This document shows, one piece after another, positions 30,259 to 40,413 of a DNA stretch of 64,000 nucleotides. Both the position numbers and the translations under genes were made by a program. Every line of letters starts with the position of its first letter. Position 1 is the first letter of the stretch. The notes beneath the pieces are model-generated. The model ran no database searches. It saw nothing but the letters and a program-made list of their open reading frames with translations, and was not told where the DNA came from. The stretch is from Candidatus Moanibacter sp. Its GTDB lineage: Bacteria > Verrucomicrobiota > Verrucomicrobiia > Opitutales > UBA2987. The stretch covers positions 1 through 64,000 of the forward strand of contig CBDCEW010000090.1 of assembly GCA_965215885.1 (NCBI GenBank), written 5' to 3'.

Positions 30259-30402
30259 TGACGCTGCCGCAAGCAGCAGCTGACATCCTCCGGAGGAAGA
30301 TTCCTGACGTGCAACAACGGCACTCATTGGCACTGCCGCAGGCAGCCCTTGACGCGCCGTCAGGCGCAAATGACGCGGCCGCAGGCCGTCCTGACAATGA
30401 TC
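30259..30402 (+). repeat. array of six 21-24-nt TGAC+hairpin units
   Basis: TGAC/TGGC at 30259, 30281, 30305, 30328, 30350, 30371 and 30392; the first six are followed by a short GC stem. Confidence 0.75.
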
Positions 30403-30410
30403 GCTTGCGC

Positions 30411-31496
30411 TCATCGGCGTCCTCCTTCAAAGCGGATGCGGGGGTCGAGCCAGAGCAGGAGGATATCGGAGATGAGGGTTCCGATTACAGTGAGGAAGGC
30501 GAGGATCATGACCATTGAGCCGGCCAGGAACATATCCTGATTCTGAAGGGCTCGCAGAAGGAGAGGTCCGGTGGTCGGCAGGCCGAGAACGACGGATACA
30601 ATGACTTCTCCGCCGATGATGGCCGGCAGGATCCAGCCTACCGTGCTGATCAAAGGGTTGAGCGCTACGCGCACAGGATATTTAACCAACAAACGCCATG
30701 GCGCCACTCCCTTGGCGCGCGCGGCGATCACATACAGCTTGTGCAGTTCGTCGAGGAGGTTGCCGCGCATGACGCGGATGAGTGCGGCGGTACCGGCCGT
30801 TCCGATGACGATCACCGGGATCCACAGATGGGCCAGGAGGTCGACGAATCGGGCGATCGACCATCGGGCGTTTTGGTATTCGGGCGAGAACAGACCGCCG
30901 GCGCTGACATCGAAGACCGCGTAGCCGATATACATGAACACGAGAGCGATTAGGAAGTTGGGGGTGGCCAGGCCAATGACACCGAGAACAGTAAAGAAAT
31001 AGTCGCCCCAGGAATATTGGCGGACCGCCGAATATATACCGATGGGAATGGCCATCGCCCAGGTAAAGAGCAAAGCTATGGAGGAGATCAGAACCGTCAG
31101 GGCAAGGCGTTCGCCGATCAGTTCGCCGACCGGGCGGTTCCACTCGAAGGACATTCCAAAGTCGGGCAATTTGAAACGCGGCCAGTTGAAACGTCGTGTT
31201 CCGTCGGCCCCGGTTCGCCAATAGTAGGAACTGTCGTCCTGGCGCTGGAAACCGAAGGGCAGGATGTCGTTCAACCATTTAATGTACTGCTCGAGGAAGG
31301 GCGCGTCTAAATTATAGCGCTTACGCAGGGCCTCGATCTCCGCCTGGTTTACAGTCGCACCCTGCTCTTCCAGGGTCGCGATGTAGGCGGTGAGATAGTC
31401 CCCCGGCGGGAGTTGGATAATAGCGAAGGACATCAACGAGATCAGCAGCAGGGTGGGGATCATCCAGAAGACACGCTTGAGGATCAGGTTGGTCAT
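30411..31496 (-). CDS. peptide/nickel ABC transporter permease (OppB/DppB type)
   Basis: IIQLPPGD, YVIAARAKG and LDPRIR motifs. Confidence 0.93.
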   Translation of the reverse strand: MTNLILKRVFWMIPTLLLISLMSFAIIQLPPGDYLTAYIATLEEQGATVNQAEIEALRKRYNLDAPFLEQYIKWLNDILPFGFQRQDDSSYYWRTGADGTRRFNWPRFKLPDFGMSFEWNRPVGELIGERLALTVLISSIALLFTWAMAIPIGIYSAVRQYSWGDYFFTVLGVIGLATPNFLIALVFMYIGYAVFDVSAGGLFSPEYQNARWSIARFVDLLAHLWIPVIVIGTAGTAALIRVMRGNLLDELHKLYVIAARAKGVAPWRLLVKYPVRVALNPLISTVGWILPAIIGGEVIVSVVLGLPTTGPLLLRALQNQDMFLAGSMVMILAFLTVIGTLISDILLLWLDPRIRFEGGRR

Positions 31497-31813
31497 TTCA
31501 GCTTCTAAGTTAGGTTTCGACCGCGATCATACTGGTAGGTCCTTCTGTGGAGAAGAGAATTGAATCCCGGCGCTAATAATGCGACAAAGCTGGTCGCACT
31601 CATCCAACAGGGCAAATATTCGTTCTTCTGACCCTTTGCCATTTCATGCTCCATTAACAATTCATAGTTCCAACGGTTCAACGATTAATTATCACTATTC
31701 CCTACAGCAGCCTAATGCCGCCCGGCGAACTCAAAGTGTTTCAATCCCGGCTAGCCGGGACAAAGAGGGGAAGGATTTCGTTGCAGATACAATCCTATCT
31801 AAAACGGACCAAC

Positions 31814-32263
31814 TTAAGAGTCCTCGCCCATTATTACAGACTCACACCGCACCCAGCCGGAGTCACCGCTCTTGTAGTGCTCTTTCTTCCAAATGGGCAC
31901 TCGGGATTTTACCTCATCGATGATAAAGCGGCAGGCCTTAAAGGCGGCGTCGCGGTGCAGGGCGGAGACTCCAACCCAAACCGCCATTTCCCCCAGCTGG
32001 AGATGGCCGATGCGGTGATAACACTGGGCCTCAAGGATATCAAACCGGTCCTCCGCCTCGGCCAATATGCGGTTGCCCTCCTTTTCAGCGAGTTTGGCAT
32101 AGGCTTCATATTCGAGGGAGGTGGGAGAGCGAGGCGTTACGGCCTCTCCTTCATTCGTATCCCGCACCCAGCCCTCGAAGGCTACGAATCCACCGGCCCG
32201 AACATCGGCAAACGGTTGCTTTAGATCCAGCTTCTCAAGAGCGGTATCCGCGATTCTAAACAT
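31814..32263 (-). CDS. moaE: molybdopterin synthase catalytic subunit
   Basis: GGFVAFEGWVR, LEYEAY, HRIG and VPIWKKE motifs. Confidence 0.93.
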   Translation of the reverse strand: MFRIADTALEKLDLKQPFADVRAGGFVAFEGWVRDTNEGEAVTPRSPTSLEYEAYAKLAEKEGNRILAEAEDRFDILEAQCYHRIGHLQLGEMAVWVGVSALHRDAAFKACRFIIDEVKSRVPIWKKEHYKSGDSGWVRCESVIMGEDS

Positions 32264-32343
32264 CAGGTTCGTTTTATCGTCTCTAAGAGCCTGCCGGCAA
32301 GTTCGGGGTACGAGTTTAGCGTGATGTTCGGACAGGCTCTTAC

Positions 32344-32604
32344 TCAACCGCCGGCGACAGGGGGGATAAAGACGACCTCATCACCGTCTTCCAATTCACA
32401 ATCAAAGTCGGCAAATTCTCCGTTTACCGCAACTTTCAGATCGTTGGTCGTCAACGCAAAAGCGAATTCGCTCTTGAGTTCCTCATAGAGAGCACGGGGA
32501 GAATCGGCAACGGTTTCACGCCTCTCACTGCTAAGCCCGCGCTGTTCACGGAGCAGGGCGTAGTATTGCAGCGCGACAGTTTTGGAGGAGGTAGGACGAC
32601 TCAT
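32344..32604 (-). CDS. moaD: molybdopterin synthase sulfur carrier
   Basis: YYALLRE, VAVN, C-terminal PPVAGG. Confidence 0.93.
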   Translation of the reverse strand: MSRPTSSKTVALQYYALLREQRGLSSERRETVADSPRALYEELKSEFAFALTTNDLKVAVNGEFADFDCELEDGDEVVFIPPVAGG

Positions 32605-32941
32605 ATCTTAACTGCCAGAAGAGGGGTCACAGAGCGCCACAGAGAAGCACAGAGGACCACGGAGAGTTGAACAGAAGGAACCGGAGAGGAATAAAAAAGG
32701 AAGATTAGCTCCACGGAATTGTTTGAACATCCAACATCGAACGCCCAACATCGAAGTAGGGACCTTCGGTGTTCATGTGAGGAGCATGGCCCGCAAACCT
32801 TTGAATTTCCTGCATTCCTGCTTTCCTTATTCACCTCTCCGTTTCTCTCTGTTTCTCCCGGCGCGCCGGGATTCAACTCTCTTCTCCCCGCAAGGACCTT
32901 CCATTTTCCGATTCTTTCCAAAATTGGCAATGCAGAATGGG

Positions 32942-33559
32942 CTATTCCTTCATTCGAATTCGTTTCAACGCTTCGAGATATTCCTCCTCCGTATTGACAT
33001 TATCGAGCGCATAGGGATTGGGCTGATCGAGCAGATGCGCATCGGATTTATAGAGAATCTCACGAGGAGAGAGGACGTTCCGGTTCTCGACATATTCCAG
33101 CAGGACCTCAAGAGAGTTCGGTTCATAAATGGCACACAAGGGTTCCGGCAACCCATCCCGCCTATTTCGAAAGGCAGTAAAGCGCCTGGAAGGAATTCGA
33201 TTGTTAAGGAGGTAGCGGATCGTATCGAGATCGAGAAAGGGGAGATCGACGGCCAGAACGAGCCAGGGACGATCCGGATGCATCTTGAGCGCCGTCAATA
33301 TTCCGGCGAGCGGACCGGCTCCCGCCGCGAGATCGAAGAGCGGCTTGACGTCGAAATCTACGAACTCAGCGGGCGGAACCTGGTCCTTACGCAACGAGAC
33401 ATACACCTCGGCACAGATCTGAGAGGCCAGCCTGATAATCCGACTCAGCTGCGTCCGGCCCTCGTATAGCAGGTCCGCTTTTTCCCGACCCATGCGCCTG
33501 CTGCGGCCGCCCGCCAGGACCAACCCCCAGAGTTCCTTTTCTTCGTTTTCAAGTTCCAT
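32942..33559 (-). CDS. mobA: molybdenum cofactor guanylyltransferase
   Basis: LAGGRSRRMG..KA, GPLAGI, AVDLP, EPLCA and NVNT motifs. Confidence 0.92.
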   Translation of the reverse strand: MELENEEKELWGLVLAGGRSRRMGREKADLLYEGRTQLSRIIRLASQICAEVYVSLRKDQVPPAEFVDFDVKPLFDLAAGAGPLAGILTALKMHPDRPWLVLAVDLPFLDLDTIRYLLNNRIPSRRFTAFRNRRDGLPEPLCAIYEPNSLEVLLEYVENRNVLSPREILYKSDAHLLDQPNPYALDNVNTEEEYLEALKRIRMKE

Positions 33560-33985
33560 GGTGCAAAGTATACAGACAATCCCGCTCTTCTCGACTCGTC
33601 TCCGCTCTGCCGGTGCACACTTTTAGCGTCAAACCTTCGATTGCTGGCTGCCCCGGTCTTGTGCCCATAATTACGAAATTGGGTTGGAGAACCCAAAGTA
33701 AATGTTATTCAGGCACTTGCAAGATTCTATTGATTACATAGTATGCCAGAATGGAGTTTCAACGATTGTTGTGTGTGGGTTCGTTAGAGGTAGAGAGCTT
33801 TTCCTGCAGGTTTGTTTTCAGTTAGAAACTTGTTGAGTATTAATCAGTTACAAAAGCGCTTTGAACGGGGAGTTGATTTCTGGTGGCAATTGAGTAGAAG
33901 CGAAGGGAGCTGGAGAAAGTTGGTATTGGCATTGTATGTAAAATAAAGTTTGCAGTTTTGCCTCCTTTCCATACTGTGCCGGTGC

Positions 33986-34702
33986 ATGCAAGAAGAGCTT
34001 TCGCGTAAAGAGAGGGAGGTGGTCGAAGCGGTACGGCGGGATCGGGTAAGCACGGTGTGGAGGCTGATGAAGGAGCAGAGGGTGTCGCGGCGAACGGTCT
34101 ATCGGGCTTTGCAAAAATATGGCCATTACTCCAGTTACAATGCCAATTGTGGCTACCTGAGCTTGAAAGACATTCCGCGCTTTGACGGGGCCGGTTTGTG
34201 GCGTTTTCGCAAGGGGCGCTTTTCGCGCCACGGCACCTTGGAGGAGACCGTGGAGGCGGTGGTGGGAGCTTCGCTTTGCGGCTACACGGTGGCTGAGTTG
34301 GAGACCCTCCTTGGGGTACGGGTGCACAACCCCATAAGCGTGCTTTGTAGAAAGAAGCGGTTGAGTCGATACTATGAAGGGCGTCACTGCGTGTATGTCT
34401 CGGCCGGGGAACAGGGCGGGGCCGAACAGAAAAAGCGGCGGCAAGGGCGAAGAACAGCGGCACAAGTTCAGGCAGGGGACCCCGGGGGCGCTTTGCAGGC
34501 AGCTCCCGAAGGGCTCGAAACGATGGTCGTGATCGCTTTGCTGGTCGCCTGTATCGGCCATCCCGAGGCCGGGGTCAAGGAGCTTGTCGAGCTTATGCAA
34601 GAGCAGGGAGTAGAGCTGAGCGGGGAGCAAATTGAGCGGGTGATGGCGTTTTACTCGCTCAAAAAAAACCGGAACGATCGCGGTAGCGGAGCTGTTACAT
34701 GA
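33986..34702 (+). CDS. HTH-like N-terminal ORF of the transposon
   Basis: VSRRTVYRALQKYGHYSSYNANCGY..IPRFD..GLWRF; ends ..LKKN at the A8 run. Confidence 0.65.
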   Translation: MQEELSRKEREVVEAVRRDRVSTVWRLMKEQRVSRRTVYRALQKYGHYSSYNANCGYLSLKDIPRFDGAGLWRFRKGRFSRHGTLEETVEAVVGASLCGYTVAELETLLGVRVHNPISVLCRKKRLSRYYEGRHCVYVSAGEQGGAEQKKRRQGRRTAAQVQAGDPGGALQAAPEGLETMVVIALLVACIGHPEAGVKELVELMQEQGVELSGEQIERVMAFYSLKKNRNDRGSGAVT

Positions 34703-36521
34703 TTTGCGGGCAGAGGCTGAACGGGCCCTGCAAACGGTGGGGGCTGTGCCTGCGCAAACGAGTTATCGCTTCGATGCCCGGGAGGACGAAGAGGGTCCTT
34801 CAGAGGTGCGCAAGACCCTGCGCCGCAAGGTGGTCAGTTTCTCCTATGGATGCTTCCAGGCGGTGGAAGTTGTGCGCGAGCAGGGGCAAGGGAGCCACCG
34901 CAACAGCTACCGTTCTGCTCGCCTGGAACAGATCGTGCCCTCGCATAGTCGCTACGCTTACGATCTGATTGCCTATGTGGGCAAGCGATGTTTGTGCGAA
35001 AGCGCCACCCTCAAAGAGGTGCACAGGGAACTGCGCGAGGGCCCGGGGCAGCTGCAGATTGCTCAAAGCAGCCTCTATGAGATGCAGCAGAAGTTTCTTT
35101 TTTATCTGGGTCGGCTGCACGCCGCGGCCGCTCCGGTGCTTAAAGATTACCTGAGCGCTCGCCCTTGCCTGCGCTGGCTGGTGGATGGGACCGTGGAACC
35201 GCAGACGCCGGTTTTCTTCGCTGTTCAGGAAGCCGACGAAGGGATCCTTTTGGGCAGCTGGAAAATGCCTTCCGAACAGAGCGAAACGATCAGTGGCTGT
35301 TTTGCCCGGGCGGCCCGGGCTTTTGGCCAACCCCACCATGTCTATCATGATTTAAGCGCTCAGATCAGCAAGGCCTGCGAGAGCGAAACCTTCCAGGCCC
35401 CCCATGGCGTCTGCCATTATCATTTCGCCCGCAATGTGGGCGAACAGCTTTATCGAAAACCCCAGCAGATGCTCAACGGGCGCTTGCGGCAATTGAAGCT
35501 CATGGAGCGCATGCGCGAGCAACGCAAACACATCACCGCAAAGCTCCGTGACGCCCTCCGTGAAAAACACGCCCTCGTCCTGGCCGATTTGCTCACCGCC
35601 AAAGCGCTCGCAGTGCCCTTCGATCCCACCCTTGCACGGGAACTGCTCATGGCCCTGCAATTGTGGATTTTGGATTATCCCTGCGACGGTCACCGCCAGG
35701 GCTTTCCCTTCGATCCTTACCTGCTTTATTGGCATCGGCGGGTCGTGCGCGCCCATGCCGCCCTGGAGCAGTGGCTTGCCCGCGCTCCTGCCAGTTGCTC
35801 TGTTCTGCGAAGCTTCTTTCATCTTTCGACCGGGTTGAAGCAGTATCTGGCTGATGCCCTCGTCATCGAAGCCGCTACTATCTATGAAAACGCTTTTTGC
35901 ATTTTCAGCGCTTTGCGCGATGCCCTTTGGCTCAGCGCCAGCGGCCCCTGCCCTTTAAGCGACCCTTATCTGTTGCAAGCAGGACAAGCCGCTGAGCTCA
36001 CCGAGGCTCTCCAGTTGCTGCGTGCCCAATATCGCCAAAAAGGCGCCTCCCTGACCAACCCCTCGAAAGCCAAACTCTACCGCACCGTGGTCACTCATCT
36101 GGACAAATACTGGCAGCGGCTGCTTCCCCCACCGGCCCATCCAGACAGCGTACGCACGACCAATGAGCTGGAAGGCACCTGGCGCACCTCCAAGCGCAAA
36201 CGCCGTCAAACCCACGGGCGCAAAAATCTGACGCGCGACTTTGAAGCGCTCCCCGAAGAATACATGCTCCTGGCCAACTTACACAATCCCCGCTATGTGG
36301 AGCTGGTTTTAGGCAGTATCGATAATCTGCCCCAAAAGCTTGCCCAGGCTGCACAGAAAGCACCCCCCTTCAGTCACTGGCGGGCGAACAGAAAAACCCT
36401 CGCCGTGGGTCGATTGCCCAAAAAGCTCCTGCGAAAAGAAAACTTCCTTGAGGAACTCTTCGAAGTCTGTAATCGCCAGGATCAATCCTTAAACCCGCAA
36501 CCCCATCGGATTGCCTCCTGA
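34662..36521 (+). CDS. DDE transposase-like ORF
   Basis: VDGT, FGQP..VYHDL, CHYHF and RTTNELEG motifs; frame open from the A8 run. Confidence 0.78.
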   Translation, partial: KKTGTIAVAELLHDLRAEAERALQTVGAVPAQTSYRFDAREDEEGPSEVRKTLRRKVVSFSYGCFQAVEVVREQGQGSHRNSYRSARLEQIVPSHSRYAYDLIAYVGKRCLCESATLKEVHRELREGPGQLQIAQSSLYEMQQKFLFYLGRLHAAAAPVLKDYLSARPCLRWLVDGTVEPQTPVFFAVQEADEGILLGSWKMPSEQSETISGCFARAARAFGQPHHVYHDLSAQISKACESETFQAPHGVCHYHFARNVGEQLYRKPQQMLNGRLRQLKLMERMREQRKHITAKLRDALREKHALVLADLLTAKALAVPFDPTLARELLMALQLWILDYPCDGHRQGFPFDPYLLYWHRRVVRAHAALEQWLARAPASCSVLRSFFHLSTGLKQYLADALVIEAATIYENAFCIFSALRDALWLSASGPCPLSDPYLLQAGQAAELTEALQLLRAQYRQKGASLTNPSKAKLYRTVVTHLDKYWQRLLPPPAHPDSVRTTNELEGTWRTSKRKRRQTHGRKNLTRDFEALPEEYMLLANLHNPRYVELVLGSIDNLPQKLAQAAQKAPPFSHWRANRKTLAVGRLPKKLLRKENFLEELFEVCNRQDQSLNPQPHRIAS

Positions 36522-36573
36522 CAACGACTCCAGTGCCCTCCCTCTGCTCCCCATTTTCTTCATGCTCTAACTA

Positions 36574-38490
36574 GACCTTATCCGAAAAGCTACTGATTGG
36601 CCGCAAAGAGGCGCAAAAGGCGCAAGAAAAACTTGAGAAAAATCATTTTTTGGCTTGATAAAAAGTGTCGCAACATGCTAGTGTTTAACAACCTAAGATT
36701 AAGAAAGGAGTTAAACATGCCAACATGTGCGACAGAGGAGAACAAAAGCGATAAGACGCCCCTTAGCAACCTCATTCTGCCGGTTCCAGACACGGATTTC
36801 CGTGATTTTCTGGATGAAGTTGAAGAATTGGCCGGGTTCGCGGCGCAAATCATCGAGGCGATCGAGAAGGATCTGGACGCCCATGCGCGTGAGAAGAAGA
36901 AACTTCGATTGGAAGATCGAAGGTTCTTTGAAGGGCGCACAGCGGAGCTGCCGGAGCTGGACATCGAGGAGGAGAATATTCTGGCTGCTGAATTGAATCT
37001 TGGGGCAGGCCGGCCGCGGATGCCGGCTTATGCGGTATACGTGTTCGTGATGATTCGAGGGTTTCTGGGTTCGTTGACCACGAAACCGGCACGGCGGTTT
37101 GTGCGCGAGTCGATGAGCTTGTACGGATTTTTGCAGAGCGGGGGACTGAGAATGCCGGCGGTGACGACGATTCTGGAGAACGTGAACCTGGTCAGCCATA
37201 CGACCCGCGAGTTGATCTTTGATAAACAGATTGGGTTTATCCTCCAGGAGCAATGGGACGATTTCGGGAAGCTGACGATCGACAGCACCTCGGTGAAAGC
37301 AAACAGCTGCTGGCCCACCGATGGGAAGATTCTGAGCGGTCTTTTGATGCGGGCCAATCGTTTGGGTCAGAAGTTGCATGTCTTCGGGCTGGAGGATTTT
37401 CGCAAGGGATGGGTTGGGCGTTGGCTGGAGGAAATGGACAAGCTGGAGTTTCAGATTTGTCTGGCCGCGGGCAAACCGAAGTCGAAGGGCAAGCTGAAGA
37501 AACACTACCGGCGGTTGCTCAAGCGGGGCCGCAAGGCGGCCGACTCACTAACGGGGGAACTGAGCCATCTTGAAGAGGGCCTGTCGATGGATTCACTGCC
37601 TCCCACTCGCCGGGAGCTTCTGGAGCGGGCATTGAGCCAGATCAGGGGTGATATTGCCGACGCCAAGCGGGTTGTTGAGTATGCTCATGATCGGGTGTTT
37701 CACGAAAAGAAGCTACCGTCCACACAGAAGGTCCTGAGCCTCTCGGACGGATCGGCGGCCTACATCAAGAAGGGCAGCCGCAATCCAGTGATCGGGTACA
37801 AGCCACAACTGGTTCGCAGCGAAAACGGTTTTGTCACCAGCCTGATCGTACCGCAAGGCAACGCGGCAGACTCCATTGAGCTGGCGCCGGCCATCGGCGA
37901 TTCGATCAAGCGCACCGGTGTCATTGCTGAACTGGTCAGCACCGATGACGGATATGCTTCGGCGAAGGGACGCAAGGAGGTGCTGAGCATGGGGGTAAAG
38001 CAGATCAGTATCAGTGGGGCGAAGGGCAAGAAGTTGACCACCCCCGAGGACTGGGAGAGCGAGGCGTATCGCGAGGCACGCCGCGATCGCTCCGCAGTGG
38101 AGTCGCTGATGTTCACGATTAAAGATGGATTTGCCTTTGGCGAACTCGGCCGCCGCGGCATCGATGCGGTAGGCGATGAACTGCTCGAGAAGGTTCTGGC
38201 CTACAACTTCTGCCGCATCATACTGATGAAGAAACGCCGAGGGGAGGAACTGGAACAGGCAGCCTGAATCTGACCGCTTTGAAGCTCAGAGAAAAAAGCA
38301 CCACGGGATGAGTATGCCTCCAGACAGCGGCAAATATACGTATTGTGCAGCAAGCCACGCCGATGGCCGCTCAATACCTGCTCATCGGCAGCGCCGGCAG
38401 CCTAAAACCCGAAACCTGCCAGCCATAGGCTGGTCCGCCCGTGGCGGAGAACCTTAAACCGCCCGCTCGAAAGGCTTTTCGAATGGGGTC
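36574..38490 (+). mobile_element. 1,917-bp IS, copy B
   Basis: Flanks taacta / tatcta. Confidence 0.93.
36717..38267 (+). CDS. DDE transposase, 516 aa
   Basis: Same protein as copy A. Confidence 0.9.
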   Translation: MPTCATEENKSDKTPLSNLILPVPDTDFRDFLDEVEELAGFAAQIIEAIEKDLDAHAREKKKLRLEDRRFFEGRTAELPELDIEEENILAAELNLGAGRPRMPAYAVYVFVMIRGFLGSLTTKPARRFVRESMSLYGFLQSGGLRMPAVTTILENVNLVSHTTRELIFDKQIGFILQEQWDDFGKLTIDSTSVKANSCWPTDGKILSGLLMRANRLGQKLHVFGLEDFRKGWVGRWLEEMDKLEFQICLAAGKPKSKGKLKKHYRRLLKRGRKAADSLTGELSHLEEGLSMDSLPPTRRELLERALSQIRGDIADAKRVVEYAHDRVFHEKKLPSTQKVLSLSDGSAAYIKKGSRNPVIGYKPQLVRSENGFVTSLIVPQGNAADSIELAPAIGDSIKRTGVIAELVSTDDGYASAKGRKEVLSMGVKQISISGAKGKKLTTPEDWESEAYREARRDRSAVESLMFTIKDGFAFGELGRRGIDAVGDELLEKVLAYNFCRIILMKKRRGEELEQAA

Positions 38491-38496
38491 TATCTA

Positions 38497-40413
38497 GACC
38501 TTATCCGAAAAGCTACTGATTGGCCGCAAAGAGGCGCAAAAGGCGCAAGAAAAACTTGAGAAAAATCATTTTTTGGCTTGATAAAAAGTGTCGCAACATG
38601 CTAGTGTTTAACAACCTAAGATTAAGAAAGGAGTTAAACATGCCAACATGTGCGACAGAGGAGAACAAAAGCGATAAGACGCCCCTTAGCAACCTCATTC
38701 TGCCGGTTCCAGACACGGATTTCCGTGATTTTCTGGATGAAGTTGAAGAATTGGCCGGGTTCGCGGCGCAAATCATCGAGGCGATCGAGAAGGATCTGGA
38801 CGCCCATGCGCGTGAGAAGAAGAAACTTCGATTGGAAGATCGCAGGTTCTTTGAAGGGCGCACAGCGGAGCTGCCGGAGCTGGACATCGAGGAGGAGAAT
38901 ATTCTGGCTGCTGAATTGAATCTTGGGGCAGGCCGGCCGCGGATGCCGGCTTATGCGGTATACGTGTTCGTGATGATTCGAGGGTTTCTGGGTTCGTTGA
39001 CCACGAAACCGGCACGGCGGTTTGTGCGCGAGTCGATGAGCTTGTACGGATTTTTGCAGAGCGGGGGACTGAGAATGCCGGCGGTGACGACGATTCTGGA
39101 GAACGTGAACCTGGTCAGCCATACGACCCGCGAGTTGATCTTTGATAAACAGATTGGGTTTATCCTCCAGGAGCAATGGGACGATTTCGGGAAGCTGACG
39201 ATCGACAGCACCTCGGTGAAAGCAAACAGCTGCTGGCCCACCGATGGGAAGATTCTGAGCGGTCTTTTGATGCGGGCCAATCGTTTGGGTCAGAAGTTGC
39301 ATGTCTTCGGGCTGGAGGATTTTCGCAAGGGATGGGTTGGGCGTTGGCTGGAGGAAATGGACAAGCTGGAGTTTCAGATTTGTCTGGCCGCGGGCAAACC
39401 GAAGTCGAAGGGCAAGCTGAAGAAACACTACCGGCGGTTGCTCAAGCGGGGCCGCAAGGCGGCCGACTCACTAACGGGGGAACTGAGCCATCTTGAAGAG
39501 GGCCTGTCGATGGATTCACTGCCTCCCACTCGCCGGGAGCTTCTGGAGCGGGCATTGAGCCAGATCAGGGGCGATATTGCCGACGCCAAGCGGGTTGTTG
39601 AGTATGCTCATGATCGGGTGTTTCACGAAAAGAAGCTACCGTCCACACAGAAGGTCCTGAGCCTCTCGGACGGATCGGCGGCCTACATCAAGAAGGGCAG
39701 CCGCAATCCAGTGATCGGGTACAAGCCACAACTGGTTCGCAGCGAAAACGGTTTTGTCACCAGCCTGATCGTACCGCAAGGCAACGCGGCAGACTCCATT
39801 GAGCTGGCGCCGGCCATCGGCGATTCGATCAAGCGCACCGGTGTCATTGCTGAACTGGTCAGCACCGATGACGGATATGCTTCGGCGAAGGGACGCAAGG
39901 AGGTGCTGAGCATGGGGGTAAAGCAGATCAGTATCAGTGGGGCGAAGGGCAAGAAGTTGACCACCCCCGAGGACTGGGAGAGCGAGGCGTATCGCGAGGC
40001 ACGCCGCGATCGCTCCGCAGTGGAGTCGCTGATGTTCACGATTAAAGATGGATTTGCCTTTGGCGAACTCGGCCGCCGCGGCATCGATGCGGTAGGCGAT
40101 GAACTGCTCGAGAAGGTTCTGGCCTACAACTTCTGCCGCATCATACTGATGAAGAAACGCCGAGGGGAGGAACTGGAACAGGCAGCCTGAATCTGACCGC
40201 TTTGAAGCTCAGAGAAAAAAGCACCACGGGATGAGTATGCCTCCAGACAGCGGCAAATATACGTATTGTGCAGCAAGCCACGCCGATGGCCGCTCAATAC
40301 CTGCTCATCGGCAGCGCCGGCAGCCTAAAACCCGAAACCTGCCAGCCATAGGCTGGTCCGCCCGTGGCGGAGAACCTTAAACCGCCCGCTCGAAAGGCTT
40401 TTCGAATGGGGTC
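38497..40413 (+). mobile_element. 1,917-bp IS, copy C (tandem with B)
   Basis: Flanks tatcta / tatcta. Confidence 0.93.
38640..40190 (+). CDS. DDE transposase, 516 aa
   Basis: Same protein as copy A. Confidence 0.9.
   Translation: MPTCATEENKSDKTPLSNLILPVPDTDFRDFLDEVEELAGFAAQIIEAIEKDLDAHAREKKKLRLEDRRFFEGRTAELPELDIEEENILAAELNLGAGRPRMPAYAVYVFVMIRGFLGSLTTKPARRFVRESMSLYGFLQSGGLRMPAVTTILENVNLVSHTTRELIFDKQIGFILQEQWDDFGKLTIDSTSVKANSCWPTDGKILSGLLMRANRLGQKLHVFGLEDFRKGWVGRWLEEMDKLEFQICLAAGKPKSKGKLKKHYRRLLKRGRKAADSLTGELSHLEEGLSMDSLPPTRRELLERALSQIRGDIADAKRVVEYAHDRVFHEKKLPSTQKVLSLSDGSAAYIKKGSRNPVIGYKPQLVRSENGFVTSLIVPQGNAADSIELAPAIGDSIKRTGVIAELVSTDDGYASAKGRKEVLSMGVKQISISGAKGKKLTTPEDWESEAYREARRDRSAVESLMFTIKDGFAFGELGRRGIDAVGDELLEKVLAYNFCRIILMKKRRGEELEQAA

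Larger units (their letters stand above)
33845..36573 (+). mobile_element. two-ORF transposon/IS of unclear family (ends approximate)
   Basis: HTH-like ORF plus DDE ORF joined at an A8 run; only a weak agtta/taact terminal match. Confidence 0.65.

Noticed and set aside
30259..30402. Periodic array as CRISPR
   Set aside because: The constant part is only 4 nt, the period is 21-24 nt, and there are no cas genes.
32601..32930. ORF between mobA and moaD
   Set aside because: Made of low-complexity dispersed motifs (cacagag repeats, aacatcgaa repeats); probably non-coding.
36597..36716. 40-aa N-terminal extension MAAKRRKRRKK of the transposase
   Set aside because: It runs through the IS end repeat region; a strong RBS precedes the ATG at 36717.
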